Assembly (NCBI GenBank): GCA_041690395.1
Contig: JAWLHJ010000002.1
Location: forward strand, 564,751-628,750
DNA length: 64,000 nt
From: Longimicrobiales bacterium
GTDB taxonomy: Bacteria > Gemmatimonadota > Gemmatimonadetes > Longimicrobiales > Gaopeijiaceae
Direction: 5' to 3'
The translations under genes were made by a program, and so were the position numbers. The notes under the pieces were generated by a model that was not told the DNA's origin, did no database searches, and saw nothing but the letters and a program-made list of their open reading frames with translations. Shown here in pieces: positions 27,957 through 38,245 of this stretch (its first letter is position 1; each line of letters opens with the position of its first letter).

Positions 27957-29103
27957 GCCAGAGCTCGATGCCGCGCTCACGCTTGTAGACCGTCCACGCC
28001 TCGGCCAGCGACCCAGCAGCCCAGGGGTCCAGGCCGAGTTCCACCCGGTGCCGGTTGATCAGCTCCATGGTCGTGGCTCCGAAGTCCCCGCCCATGAGAC
28101 GGTTCTCGGCCTCCAGAAGCCGCATCTCCCAACCCGAGGACAACTCGTGCGGGGAATCCGGCTGGTCGTGCTTCAGCTGGAAGTACCACAGCGCACGCTC
28201 GTTGTCGAGCAGCGCCAGCCCCGCGTCACCCAGCGGAATGTTGGGGTTGAGGTCCCACGGCGTGCGGGGATCCTCGGTGTCGAGGTAGTAGTCCTCGTAG
28301 AACGTGTTCCACACCGTGTGCGCGCGGTACGGCGAGTTCGCCCCGGCCATGTAGATCCGGTTGTACTGCGACTGCTGCTGGGTGGTGTAGTTCATGTTGA
28401 ACGAGAAATCGTCCGGCACCTGACCGGCGTCCGCCATCGCGCCCGTCCAGTCGCCCAGATTCGCGCGAACCGCCGCGCGACCGGCGTAGGCCGCAGTCAC
28501 CTCGTCGTCGAACGCGGCGTCGCCGCCCGCCAGGCTGATGACCTCGCCGAACAGCTCTTCGGACCGCTCCCAGAACACGGAACGATCCTGGGCGGCGCTG
28601 CCGTCGATGACCGCCTGGCAGAACGCGTCACCGAGAAGCCTGTACGTATAGGCTCCCCAGAGGGCCGTCTCGACCGCCGGCTCGTATCCCTGGAGCGTGA
28701 CGTTCTCGTTCTCCGCGAATCGCGTCAGGAAGTCCTCGGCCATGCGGCGTGCGCGCTGGCCAGCCGTCCAAGGGGTCCCGACGTGCGTGTCGTCGTACCG
28801 GATGATACCGGTCTGCTGCGCACCCGTGATCCCGAAGGACCCCGTCGAGCCGGCCGGGAAGATCTCCCGAGTCACGGCACCGGTGGTGTACGCGGCGTTG
28901 GTCAGTGCGTCCGCCAACTGGACCATGACACCGTTCGCCATGGCCTCGTGCGCGGTCGCGTTGTCGAGGAAGTCGTCCTCGACCGGTCCGGGGTTCGTGA
29001 CTTCGAAGTCACAGGCCGCCGGGGCGAGGGCGAGCATCAAAGCCGCCCCCATGCCGCCGGCGCGCCTACGCCAGGACCCGTTGGTATTCGAGTCGAATAT
29101 CAT
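27772..29103 (-). CDS. RagB/SusD family nutrient-binding outer membrane lipoprotein
   Basis: Lipobox PAAC-D; LLEAE, ERGIELWL, RRMIDL, YPIPEAE; directly after susC. Confidence 0.88.
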   Translation of the reverse strand: MIFDSNTNGSWRRRAGGMGAALMLALAPAACDFEVTNPGPVEDDFLDNATAHEAMANGVMVQLADALTNAAYTTGAVTREIFPAGSTGSFGITGAQQTGIIRYDDTHVGTPWTAGQRARRMAEDFLTRFAENENVTLQGYEPAVETALWGAYTYRLLGDAFCQAVIDGSAAQDRSVFWERSEELFGEVISLAGGDAAFDDEVTAAYAGRAAVRANLGDWTGAMADAGQVPDDFSFNMNYTTQQQSQYNRIYMAGANSPYRAHTVWNTFYEDYYLDTEDPRTPWDLNPNIPLGDAGLALLDNERALWYFQLKHDQPDSPHELSSGWEMRLLEAENRLMGGDFGATTMELINRHRVELGLDPWAAGSLAEAWTVYKRERGIELWLNARRMIDLTRWEENSTPGTLSTYETAGHPDSYLVANQTLCYPIPEAEYETNQNLGSPPGT

Positions 29104-29120
29104 TCTCTATTCCTCCGGGC

Positions 29121-32075
29121 TCAGAAGTTGATGCGCAGCGACGCGGTGAACGTCGCGGGCGGCGGAATGTGCTCGGTGATCCCCGGGTTCTGGTTGTCGA
29201 AACCAGTGTTCGTGACCATCTCCGGATCGAAGACCGGGAATTCATCGTTCCGCCAGCGGTACCAGTTCTGGCCCGACAGCGTAAGTACTGCGTTGGAGCT
29301 ACGCGGAATCAGGTCGCCCAGCGGAACCCGCAGGGTGACGTCACGCAGCTTGAAGAAGTCGGCCGGACGAATCACGTCGCCACGGAGGAGCGAGGCTTCA
29401 CAGTTGAAGCGCTGCTCGGCCGTCGTCGCGTCGCGGTTGCCCACGTCCGCGAGAAGGTAGTAGTCCGAGCAGGTCGGCCAACGGATGGAGCGGCCGACGG
29501 CGTTGTCGGTCGGACCGTCCTGGATGTAGTGGCCCGCCTGGTACTCACCCATGGCCGACAGCTCGAGGCCGTACGGCATGCGGAGCGAAGGACGGACGCC
29601 GAGCACGAAGGTTGGCTGCTGCGGCCCGAGCACCTGGTCCAGGTTGTAGCAAGGATCGCCAGCCGGAGTCGTGTCCGAGCACTGAACCGGATCGGCCGTC
29701 ACATCCGGGTTCTGCCACGTCGTACCGCGCGCGGCCATCACGGGGTAGCCCACCTCGACCCAACCACCACCGGCCGAGAACGGCGCGGCACCACCGAGGT
29801 CGAGGACCTCGGAAGAGTTGGTGTAGACGTTACCGTCGAGGTTGAAGCCCCAGTTCTCCTGATCCACAAGGGCGAAGCCGAGGTTCAGCTCGATGCCCTC
29901 GTTCTTCATCTCGCCGACGTTCTCCTGCTGCGAGAGCGGGAGACCCTGCGACGGCGCCTGACGCACGTTGAAGAGCGCGTCGGTGGTCTTCTGGCGGTAC
30001 CAGGTGAAGTCCGCGGTGACGCGGTTGTCGAACCCGGCCCAGTCGAAGCCGACTTCCATCTCGGTGGTCCGCTCCGGACCGAGGTCCGGGTTACCGAGGT
30101 TCTCGGGCTCGAGGTACGGCAGGCCGCCGTAACCGAGCGCTTCCCACGTCCGCACGGCGTCGAAGGTTCCGGGCGCACGACCGGACTGGCCGAGCGCGGC
30201 GCGGAGCTTCAGGTCGCCCATGCCCTCGCCCCAGAAGCTCTCGTCCGAGACGACGTAGGAGACGGACACCTTCGGGTACGCCTGGAGACCCAGGCTCTCA
30301 CCGAAGGCGCTGTTTCCGTCCATCCGGAGGCCGGCGGTGATGAAGTACCGGTCCATGATACCGAAGAGCGCCTGGCCGAAGAAGCCGGCGTTGATGGTGC
30401 GCTCACGGTCCTCGTAGGTGAGCTGCGTCGTACCGGCATCGAGCGTCGGGTTACCGGGGCCCGGGAAGTTCTGGGCCTCGCCACGCACCGCGCGCTCGTT
30501 GTTGGTGACCGTCTGACCGCCGACGGAAAGCGTGAGGTTGTAGTCGTCAGCCAACTCGAGGTCGTAGTTACCCACGTAGTCGAGGGTCAGGACCTCGAAG
30601 GAGTGCGCGCCCGTGTAGAGCACGCCGCCCGGGAACTGGAAGTAACCGAACTTCCGGATGTTCCGGTTGTCCTGGACCGCCTGGTCGTACCCGACCGTGA
30701 GACGGTTCGTGAACGCGTCGCTGGCCTGGTAGGTCAGCGTACCACCGAGCACGAAGCGGTCGATCCGGGTCGTGATGTCCTGGTCGAGCACCTTCCGGAT
30801 CGAGTCCGGGTTCGGGTCGCCGAAGTAGTTCCGCTCGCGGCGGAAGGCGTTCAGCGTCAGGCCCTGCGCGTTGTTGCCGGCCGGGGTACCGGTGATGTCG
30901 GTCCGGTTGTAGGCCGTGTTCACCTGCAGGGTGACGTTGTTCAGCGGCGTGAACGTGAAGTTACCGCGGATACCCGCCTTGTCCTCTTCGTCCAGCGGGA
31001 GCACGCCGTCGTTCGCGTCGAACTGACCGGACACGAAGTACTGGAGGTTCTCGCTTCCGCCCGTGACCGAGGCGGAGTAACGCTGGCGGAAACCGTCCCG
31101 GAGGTACGGCTCCATGTTCAGGTACTTGTAGCTGTAGCTACCGAGCGGGCCCGTGTAGGTGGCCGCGTTCGGGTCTTCCCACTCGCTCGGCGGACGCACG
31201 TCGACGTCCGGCGCGAACGGGCGGAGGCGGCTGAAGCCCTGATCCATCTGGACCGTCCAGCGCGGTGCGCCGCTCGACCCACGCTTCGTGAAGATCTGGA
31301 TCACGCCGGCCGCTGCCTCGGTGCCGTACAGCGTCGAAGCCGCGGACCCCTTGATGACCTCGATCCGGTCGATGTCCGACGGGTTGATGTCGTTCAGCGG
31401 CGACGCGGTGACGTTGTTGCCGCGCCCGGCGCCGGACGACGCCTGCTGGTTACGAGCATAGGAGCCGCTGCGCATCCGCACGCCGTCGATGTAGATGATC
31501 GGCTGGTTGGACTGCGACACGGAGACCGCGCCGCGCAGACGGATCTGCGCACCGCCACCGACCGAGCCGTTGCCCTGCGTGACCGTCAGGCCGGGAGCCC
31601 GCGCCTGCAGGAGCTGGTCGACGTTCGACGGCGGCGAGGGGATCTCGCTGACGTTGAGCTGGCTGATCGAGTTACCGACCTCGCGGCGACGCGCCTGGCC
31701 GGCGGTACCGGTCACGACGATCTCGTCGAGTCCGAGCGCCTCGTCTTCGAGCCTGAAGTTGACGACCGCGGGCGATCCGCCCTGGACGTCGACCGTCTGC
31801 TCGGCGGTGGCGTAACCGATCCGCTCCGCGCGCACCGTATACGTGCCGGGCGCGACGTTGACGATCAGGAAGCGTCCGTTGGATCCGGTCAGGACGCCGC
31901 GCTGGTTTTCGACCAGGTACACCTGGACGTCGGAAATCGGATTGCCGCCACGGGCTCCGACAACCTGGCCGGTGACCGTGGCCTGCTGCTGTGCCGCGAT
32001 ATGATCGGCCGGGAGCAACAACGCTCCCAGGGCGATCACCGCGGCGGTGAACACTCCGAACGGGTGTGGAGACAT
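29121..32075 (-). CDS. SusC/RagA family TonB-dependent outer membrane receptor
   Basis: LDEIVVTG, PIIYIDG, IEVIKGSAASTLYG plug, GNPDLGPE, C-terminal Phe. Confidence 0.93.
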   Translation of the reverse strand: MSPHPFGVFTAAVIALGALLLPADHIAAQQQATVTGQVVGARGGNPISDVQVYLVENQRGVLTGSNGRFLIVNVAPGTYTVRAERIGYATAEQTVDVQGGSPAVVNFRLEDEALGLDEIVVTGTAGQARRREVGNSISQLNVSEIPSPPSNVDQLLQARAPGLTVTQGNGSVGGGAQIRLRGAVSVSQSNQPIIYIDGVRMRSGSYARNQQASSGAGRGNNVTASPLNDINPSDIDRIEVIKGSAASTLYGTEAAAGVIQIFTKRGSSGAPRWTVQMDQGFSRLRPFAPDVDVRPPSEWEDPNAATYTGPLGSYSYKYLNMEPYLRDGFRQRYSASVTGGSENLQYFVSGQFDANDGVLPLDEEDKAGIRGNFTFTPLNNVTLQVNTAYNRTDITGTPAGNNAQGLTLNAFRRERNYFGDPNPDSIRKVLDQDITTRIDRFVLGGTLTYQASDAFTNRLTVGYDQAVQDNRNIRKFGYFQFPGGVLYTGAHSFEVLTLDYVGNYDLELADDYNLTLSVGGQTVTNNERAVRGEAQNFPGPGNPTLDAGTTQLTYEDRERTINAGFFGQALFGIMDRYFITAGLRMDGNSAFGESLGLQAYPKVSVSYVVSDESFWGEGMGDLKLRAALGQSGRAPGTFDAVRTWEALGYGGLPYLEPENLGNPDLGPERTTEMEVGFDWAGFDNRVTADFTWYRQKTTDALFNVRQAPSQGLPLSQQENVGEMKNEGIELNLGFALVDQENWGFNLDGNVYTNSSEVLDLGGAAPFSAGGGWVEVGYPVMAARGTTWQNPDVTADPVQCSDTTPAGDPCYNLDQVLGPQQPTFVLGVRPSLRMPYGLELSAMGEYQAGHYIQDGPTDNAVGRSIRWPTCSDYYLLADVGNRDATTAEQRFNCEASLLRGDVIRPADFFKLRDVTLRVPLGDLIPRSSNAVLTLSGQNWYRWRNDEFPVFDPEMVTNTGFDNQNPGITEHIPPPATFTASLRINF

Positions 32076-32225
32076 AACACGACTCCTCGTGGTTCGTGAC
32101 AGGACCCCGCGCTTGCCACGTAGGGTGGAACTAAGGATCAGCCTAATCTAATGAGGCCATACCCCACGGCCCGATCTCCGCGCGCCGACGGGGCGACACG
32201 GTGGGGGTTTCTAGGGTACTGGCCG

Positions 32226-32255
32226 AATGTAGGGGCCTTCCCGCCAGGTTGTCAA
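32226..32255 (-). promoter_or_regulatory. sigma70-type promoter of susCD
   Basis: TTGACA-N18-TACATT on the minus strand, preceded by a T-tract (UP-like). Confidence 0.7.
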
Positions 32256-32282
32256 AGAAAAAAAGCGCCCCGACCCCATGCC

Positions 32283-34802
32283 TCAGACCCCTTCCGCCCA
32301 TCGGGTCCACGACCCGGCCGGACGTAGCAGCGTGGCCCGCACGCAGTCGGCCAGAACCCCCGCGGCCGTGACGTCGTATCCGGCGCCCGCGCCCCGCACG
32401 ACGAGCGGATCGTCGTATCTGCGCGTCCGGAAAGCCACCAGGTTATGCGCGCCCCGGAGTCCGTGGCAGGGGTGCTCCGCCCCCACCTCCGCGACCCGCA
32501 CGTGCGCGTCGTCCTGGGTCACGGTCGCCAGATGGCACAGCCTGGCCCCCTCGGCGACGGCGGCCTCCCGCATCGCCTCGAAGTGGTCGTCGACCTCCGG
32601 CAGGCGCTCGAAGAACGTCTCGACCGTGCCTTCGTCCCAGCCGTCTCCGGGCAGGACCGGATCCAACCGCACCTGGGCCGGATCCAGCGGCCATCCCGAC
32701 TCTCGAGCGAGGATCACGAGCTTGCGCAGCACGTCCTGGCCCGACAGGTCCTCACGCGGATCGGGCTCCGTGTACCCTCGCGCCCGTGCTTCCGCGACGA
32801 CCTCGCTGAAGCGGCGGCCCTCCATGACCTCGTTGAAGAGGAAGGACAGGGTGCCCGACACGACGCCCTCGATCGAGACGATGTGGTCGCCGGTGGCGCG
32901 CAGGTCTTCGAGCGTGGACAGAATCGGAAGCCCCGCGCCGACGGTGGTCTCGAGGAACGCCCGCGCCTGACCCGGCCTCGGCTCGCGCACCCGTCGGTAC
33001 AGGTCGTAGGAGCCGGAGAAGCCGCGCTTGTTGGCCGCCACGACCGAGACACCGGCGTCCAGCAGCTCACGATATCGCTCGGGAAGGGCCCCGTCCGCCG
33101 TCACGTCCACGAAGATCCGGAGCGCCGCCCGGTCGTCGCGTGCGGCGTCGATCAGCGCTCGGCTCGGTGCCTCCGACGCATCGAGCCGCTCGAGCACGTC
33201 TTCGACCGCAATCCCGTCGGCCGAAGTCACGCTGTGACGCGAGTTCGCCGCGCCCGCGAGGCAGAGCGCCACGCCACGCTCGGCTTCGAGGTCCGTCGAG
33301 GCCTCGCGGATCTGCGACAGGAGCGCCCGGCCGACCCCACCCACACCCGCCAGGTAGATGCGGGCCTCGGTCTTCGGGCTCGGGAAGAACGTCGTATGGA
33401 GCCCCCGGAGCGCCCGGCCCACGTCCGCCTGGTCCACGACCAGGGAGATGTTCAGCTCCGAGGAGCCCTGCGCGATGGCGTGGACGTTGATCCCGAGGTC
33501 CCCGAGGATCGAGAAGAGCCTGCCGGCGATCCCCGGAGTGCTACGCATCCCTTCCCCGACGGCCGCGATGACGGCCCGGTCCTCGTCCACGAAGAGGTCC
33601 TCGACGAGGCCGACGCGCCGCTCGAGCGCGAACTCCTCCTGGACCGCCCTCCGGACGAGGGGGAGCGCCGAGGGCTCGACGGCGAAGCAGATGGAGTGCT
33701 CGCTCGACGCCTGACTGATCAGGATGAGGTTCACGCGCCGCGCCGCGAGCGCCTCGAAGAGCCGCGCCGCGATCCCCGGGACCCCGACCATGCCGTCGCC
33801 CTCGAACCGGACGAGCGCGACGCTTGAGATCGAGGAGATCCCCCGCACCGGCCGGTCGTCGACCGGCACGCCTTCGAATCCGACCCAGGTGCCGCCGAAG
33901 TCCGGGGCGAGCGCGTTGCGAATGAGGAGCGGGATCCTCCCTTCGCGAGCCGGATGGACCGACGGCGCGTGCACGACCTTCGCGCCGAAGTGGGAGAGCT
34001 CGAGCAGCTCCTTGTACGTGAGGGACTGCAGGGAGAAGGCGTCCGGCACGAGGCGGGGGTCGGCGCTCATGACGCCGTCCACGTCCGTCCAGAGATCGAT
34101 GCGGTCGGCGTCGACCATCGAGCCGATGAGCGAAGCCGTGTAGTCGGAGCCGCCGCGGCCGAGCGTCGTCGTCTCGCCTCGCGGGGTCGCGGCCACGAAG
34201 CCCGGCACGACCGGCAGCCCCTCGACCCGCGCCAGCCGCTCGACGACCCGGGGGGTGGAGCGCGCCAGGTCCACGCGGGCGCAGCCGAACGTGTCGTCGG
34301 TGACCAGAAGGTCCTCTGCGGGCACCGCCTCGGCGGGCATTCCGGCCGCGCGGAGGGCCGCGGCGACCACCAGGCTCGACACCCGCTCCCCGAGCGCGAG
34401 AATCCGGTCCAGCATGCGGGGCGTGCACTCCCGAACCAGCTCGATCCCGCCGAGAACGTCCCGGACCTCGTTCGTCCACCGGGTCATCGTGGCGGCGAGC
34501 GCGCCCCGCTCGGCGTCGGGCGCGCAGGCGCCCAGGATCTCGCGATGCTTCGCGGCGACCCGGTCGAGCACCGCGCGACCGCCCGAGCCCCTTTCCGCGG
34601 CGCGGGCCGCCTCGTCGAGCAGCTCGGTGACGCCGGCGAACGCGGACACCACGACGACGAAGCGCAGGTCGGGCGCGGAGGCTCGTTCCTCGCGGACGAT
34701 CTCCACGGCTCTCCGGACACGCGCCGCGTCGGCGATGGCCCCGCCGCCGAACTTGAGGACTCTGTGGGATCCGGCTTTATCGGATGGGTCTGCTGTGGTC
34801 AT
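32283..34802 (-). CDS. thrA: bifunctional aspartokinase/homoserine dehydrogenase
   Basis: VLKFGG, LGRGGSDY, WTDVDG, two ACT domains, GVGGVG, ETTVGAGLP, EPDPREDLSG. Confidence 0.93.
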   Translation of the reverse strand: MTTADPSDKAGSHRVLKFGGGAIADAARVRRAVEIVREERASAPDLRFVVVVSAFAGVTELLDEAARAAERGSGGRAVLDRVAAKHREILGACAPDAERGALAATMTRWTNEVRDVLGGIELVRECTPRMLDRILALGERVSSLVVAAALRAAGMPAEAVPAEDLLVTDDTFGCARVDLARSTPRVVERLARVEGLPVVPGFVAATPRGETTTLGRGGSDYTASLIGSMVDADRIDLWTDVDGVMSADPRLVPDAFSLQSLTYKELLELSHFGAKVVHAPSVHPAREGRIPLLIRNALAPDFGGTWVGFEGVPVDDRPVRGISSISSVALVRFEGDGMVGVPGIAARLFEALAARRVNLILISQASSEHSICFAVEPSALPLVRRAVQEEFALERRVGLVEDLFVDEDRAVIAAVGEGMRSTPGIAGRLFSILGDLGINVHAIAQGSSELNISLVVDQADVGRALRGLHTTFFPSPKTEARIYLAGVGGVGRALLSQIREASTDLEAERGVALCLAGAANSRHSVTSADGIAVEDVLERLDASEAPSRALIDAARDDRAALRIFVDVTADGALPERYRELLDAGVSVVAANKRGFSGSYDLYRRVREPRPGQARAFLETTVGAGLPILSTLEDLRATGDHIVSIEGVVSGTLSFLFNEVMEGRRFSEVVAEARARGYTEPDPREDLSGQDVLRKLVILARESGWPLDPAQVRLDPVLPGDGWDEGTVETFFERLPEVDDHFEAMREAAVAEGARLCHLATVTQDDAHVRVAEVGAEHPCHGLRGAHNLVAFRTRRYDDPLVVRGAGAGYDVTAAGVLADCVRATLLRPAGSWTRWAEGV

Positions 34803-34994
34803 GATCCATGGTGCCCGCGGTGCGGGAGCGCGCGCGAGTGCTGCGGTACGGGATGAGCGGAAAGCTCGAAAGCTAGTCCCTCTGCCGGTGTGGCAAAGCG
34901 CCCCTCGCGGGTGGCCGTGGCCGGTCGGGGGTGGCGCGTGGCTTCCGTGCTGACATTCTTTCTGGGCGAACAACCCCCAACAAGGACGAGCACG

Positions 34995-35513
34995 ATGGCA
35001 GGCGCGGCGTTCCCCAACCTCCACGGCGATGCGGACCCCAGGGTCGGCGTCGTGTTCGGCAGCGCGTCGGACTGGCCCACCATGCGGATCGCCACCGAAG
35101 TGCTCGACTCGTTCGGCATCCCGACCGAGTACGGCGTCGTCTCGGCGCATCGCACGCCCGACCGTCTGCGCGACTACGCCAAAGGCGCGGCCGGGCGCGG
35201 CCTCCGCGTGATCATTGCCGGCGCGGGCGGGGCGGCCCACCTGCCCGGCATGCTGGCCGCCTGGACCATCCTTCCGGTGCTGGGCGTCCCGGTCGAGAGT
35301 CGGAAGATGAAGGGCATCGACTCGCTCTATTCCATCGTGCAGATGCCGGGAGGGGTGCCCGTCGGCACGCTCGCGATCGGGGAGTCGGGCGCCAAGAACG
35401 CCGCGCTGCTCGCGGCCAGGATCCTGGCGCTGACGGACCCAGAGCTGGCCGAGCGACTGACCCGCTTCCATGCCGAGCAGGCGGAATCGTCCGTCACCGC
35501 GGAGCTGAAGTGA
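34995..35513 (+). CDS. purE: N5-CAIR mutase
   Basis: [34 protein letters not shown]. Confidence 0.96.
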   Translation: MAGAAFPNLHGDADPRVGVVFGSASDWPTMRIATEVLDSFGIPTEYGVVSAHRTPDRLRDYAKGAAGRGLRVIIAGAGGAAHLPGMLAAWTILPVLGVPVESRKMKGIDSLYSIVQMPGGVPVGTLAIGESGAKNAALLAARILALTDPELAERLTRFHAEQAESSVTAELK

Positions 35514-36667
35514 CCGAGCCCATCCTGCCGGGTGCGACGCTCGGCGTGCTCGGCGGCGGACAGCTCGGGCGCATGTTCGCCGCCGCGGCGAAGCGCATGG
35601 GGTACCGGGTGGCCGTGCTGGCCCCCGGTGAGGACGGCCCCACGGCGCAGCTCGCCGACCTGGTCTTCTCCGCGGCCTACGATGATCTGGACGCCGTCGA
35701 GCGGTTCGCGCGGGCCTCGGACGCCGTCACGCTAGAGTTCGAGAACGTCCCCACCGCGGCGGCCGAGATGGCCGCGCGCCACGCTCCGGTCCGGCCGTCG
35801 GGCCAGGTCCTCCACGCGACCCAGAACCGGCTCCGGGAGCGGGAGCTGCTCGACCGGCTCGCCCTCCCGTCCGCCCGCCACGCGCCCGTGCGGACCGAGG
35901 CCGATCTCGAAGAGGCGGTGCGGCGAGTAGGTGTCCCGGCCGTCCTGAAGTCGGCCTCCACGGGATACGACGGGAAGGGTCAGCGGAAGGTGGATCGTGC
36001 GGAGGACGCCCTCGCGCTCTGGGACGAGCTGGGGCGCCAGCCGTGCCTCTACGAGGCGTTCGTGCCGTTCGAGGTCGAGCTCTCGGTGGTCGGCGCCCGG
36101 GGCCACGACGGAGCCCTCGCGCTCTACGAGCCGTCGCGCAACGACCACGTCGACCACATTCTGGATGTCAGCGTCGTGCCCGGCGGCTTCACCGACGGGG
36201 TCGTCACCCGCGCCCGCGAGCTGGCCGCCGCGGTGTTCGAGGGACTCGAGCTCGTCGGGGTCGCGTGCGTCGAGATGTTCCTGCTCGAGGACGGCTCGCT
36301 CCTGGTGAACGAGATCGCGCCCCGCCCGCACAACTCCGGCCACCTCACCATCGAGGCGGCGGCGACCAGCCAGTTCGAGGCTCAGGTCCGCGCGCTCGCC
36401 GGCCTTCCGCTGGGCGCCACGGAGCGGCTCGCGGGAGGCGCGGCGATGGTGAACCTGCTCGGAGACCTCTGGCTGGACGGCGCGCCCGACTGGGCGGCCG
36501 CGCTCGCCCACCCGGCCGTCCGGCTCCACCTGTACGGGAAGGACGACGCGCGGCCGGGCCGGAAGATGGGGCACCTCACCGCCACGGCCGACACCGCCGA
36601 GGAGGCCGAGCGTCGCGTGCGGGCCGCTCGGGCCGCGCTCACCGGGTCGGCGATCCGGTCCGGCTGA
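35510..36667 (+). CDS. purK: N5-CAIR synthase
   Basis: [50 protein letters not shown] overlap with purE. Confidence 0.96.
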   Translation: MTEPILPGATLGVLGGGQLGRMFAAAAKRMGYRVAVLAPGEDGPTAQLADLVFSAAYDDLDAVERFARASDAVTLEFENVPTAAAEMAARHAPVRPSGQVLHATQNRLRERELLDRLALPSARHAPVRTEADLEEAVRRVGVPAVLKSASTGYDGKGQRKVDRAEDALALWDELGRQPCLYEAFVPFEVELSVVGARGHDGALALYEPSRNDHVDHILDVSVVPGGFTDGVVTRARELAAAVFEGLELVGVACVEMFLLEDGSLLVNEIAPRPHNSGHLTIEAAATSQFEAQVRALAGLPLGATERLAGGAAMVNLLGDLWLDGAPDWAAALAHPAVRLHLYGKDDARPGRKMGHLTATADTAEEAERRVRAARAALTGSAIRSG

Positions 36668-36668
36668 A

Positions 36669-36711
36669 AGCGAAGAGGGCCCCGGGGCGTGACGCCCCGG
36701 GGCCCTTCGCT
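36669..36711. terminator. hairpin between convergent purK and cytochrome c genes
   Basis: AGCGAAG-AGGGCCCCGGGGCG/CGCCCCGGGGCCCT-TCGCT inverted repeat. Confidence 0.7.
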
Positions 36712-36771
36712 CTGTCCTTGTCCGACCTTTCCGGAAGCGCGGCGCTCGAGCCGCGGCGCTCCGGCCCACGG

Positions 36772-37257
36772 TCAGCGATCCCAGACGATCCAGTACTGGT
36801 CGATGTCGTCGTCCGTCGTTCCGAGCTCTTCGTCGCCGGCCGGCAGATCGTTCAGCTGGAAGATGTAGGTCATCACGTCGGTGACCTGCTGGCGCGAGAG
36901 GCTCCACGGATTGTCGTAGGGCATCCGGTCGTTGATGTAGTACCAGAGCTGGAACGTCGACTGGTCGGTCCAGCGCCCCTGGAACGCAGGCTCCGTCCAG
37001 TCCTCGGTGTCGTGGCACTCGGCGCACAGCTCCTGGAACACCTCTTCGCCCCGCTGGGCCTGGGCGACCGTGTAGATGGCGTCCATGGTCGAGGGCTCCT
37101 CGGTCGAGGTCTCGGCGGCGGCGGGCTCCGGCTGAGCCGTCTCGGCCGGTGCCGGGGCGGGCGCGGGCGCTTCCACGGCAGGCTGCGATCCGGAGGAGCA
37201 CGCCGCGAGAAGAGCCAGGGCGAGGAATCCACCCGTCGCGAAAGAGGTCCTGAGCAT
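36772..37257 (-). CDS. monoheme class I cytochrome c lipoprotein
   Basis: Lipobox LAAC, Pro/Ala linker, CAECH, RMP axial Met. Confidence 0.85.
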   Translation of the reverse strand: MLRTSFATGGFLALALLAACSSGSQPAVEAPAPAPAPAETAQPEPAAAETSTEEPSTMDAIYTVAQAQRGEEVFQELCAECHDTEDWTEPAFQGRWTDQSTFQLWYYINDRMPYDNPWSLSRQQVTDVMTYIFQLNDLPAGDEELGTTDDDIDQYWIVWDR

Positions 37258-37531
37258 TGATCGATCGTCCTGAGTTTTGGGTCCGCTGGGCGCCGACACT
37301 CTCGGCACGCTCCTGAGCCCGCGGGGGCGCGGAAAGCTCGGGAATATGCCTACTCCCGGCCGGATCGGGGGTTCCAGGGCCACCGTCCGACCCCGCCCGG
37401 GCGCTCCAGTCGCGGGGCGCAGCGTGGACGCCCGGCGCTCGGCCCGTGAGATTCCACGCTTCGAACGGCACCGAACAACCGCCGAGTCCCTCCCGGCTCG
37501 CCGCGGCGTTCCCCGAGCGAGGGATGCAGCG

Positions 37532-38245
37532 ATGGCGACATCCGAGACGATCCTGGAGGCCAGGGACCTCTCCAAGATCTACGACATGGGCTCCGTGCAG
37601 GTACACGCCCTCCGCTCGGTCGACTTCGAGCTGAAGAGCGGAGAGCTCCTGGTCCTGCTCGGGGCGTCGGGAAGTGGGAAGTCCACGCTCCTGAACATCA
37701 TCGGCGGGCTCGACCGCCCCTCATCCGGAACGCTGCGGTATCGTGACCATGACCTCTCCGTCGCGGACGACGAGGACCTCACGCTCTATCGGCGGCGCTA
37801 CGTCGGCTTCGTCTTCCAGCTCTACAACCTGATCCCCAGCCTGACCGCCCGGGAGAACGTCGCCCTGGTCAGCGAGATCGCCGAGCGTCCCATGAACCCG
37901 GCCGACGCGCTCGCTCTCGTCGGCCTCGAGGAGCGGCTCGATCACTTCCCCGCGCAGCTGTCGGGTGGCGAGCAGCAGCGCGTGGCGATCGCCCGCGCCG
38001 TGGCCAAGCAGCCGGAGCTGCTGCTCTGCGACGAGCCGACGGGAGCCCTCGACGCGGAGACCGGGAAGCTCGTCCTGAGAGTCCTCGACCAGGTGAACCG
38101 CGAGACCCGGACGACCACCGCGATCATCACCCACAACGTGGCCATCGCGGCCATGGGAGACCGCGTCGTCCACATGAGCAGCGGTGAGATCACGGAGACG
38201 ACCGAGAACGCGGAGCGGGCGTCCCTGGAGGAGATCAGCTGGTGA
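37532..38245 (+). CDS. ABC transporter ATP-binding protein (LolD/MacB type)
   Basis: [24 protein letters not shown]. Confidence 0.94.
   Translation: MATSETILEARDLSKIYDMGSVQVHALRSVDFELKSGELLVLLGASGSGKSTLLNIIGGLDRPSSGTLRYRDHDLSVADDEDLTLYRRRYVGFVFQLYNLIPSLTARENVALVSEIAERPMNPADALALVGLEERLDHFPAQLSGGEQQRVAIARAVAKQPELLLCDEPTGALDAETGKLVLRVLDQVNRETRTTTAIITHNVAIAAMGDRVVHMSSGEITETTENAERASLEEISW

Noticed and set aside
29169..32099. 976-aa plus-strand ORF, and similar long antisense ORFs elsewhere (e.g. 4756-6864, 24756-27137, 51803-54325)
   Set aside because: Shadow frames of real genes, expected with high-GC codon bias; no motifs.
34803..34994. Thr/Ile attenuator or riboswitch upstream of thrA
   Set aside because: No Thr/Ile-rich uORF, no terminator hairpin with U tract, no recognisable aptamer.
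32283..35471. 1062-aa extended ThrA and 578-aa extended PurK
   Set aside because: The extensions overlap purE; real starts are at about 34802 and 35510.
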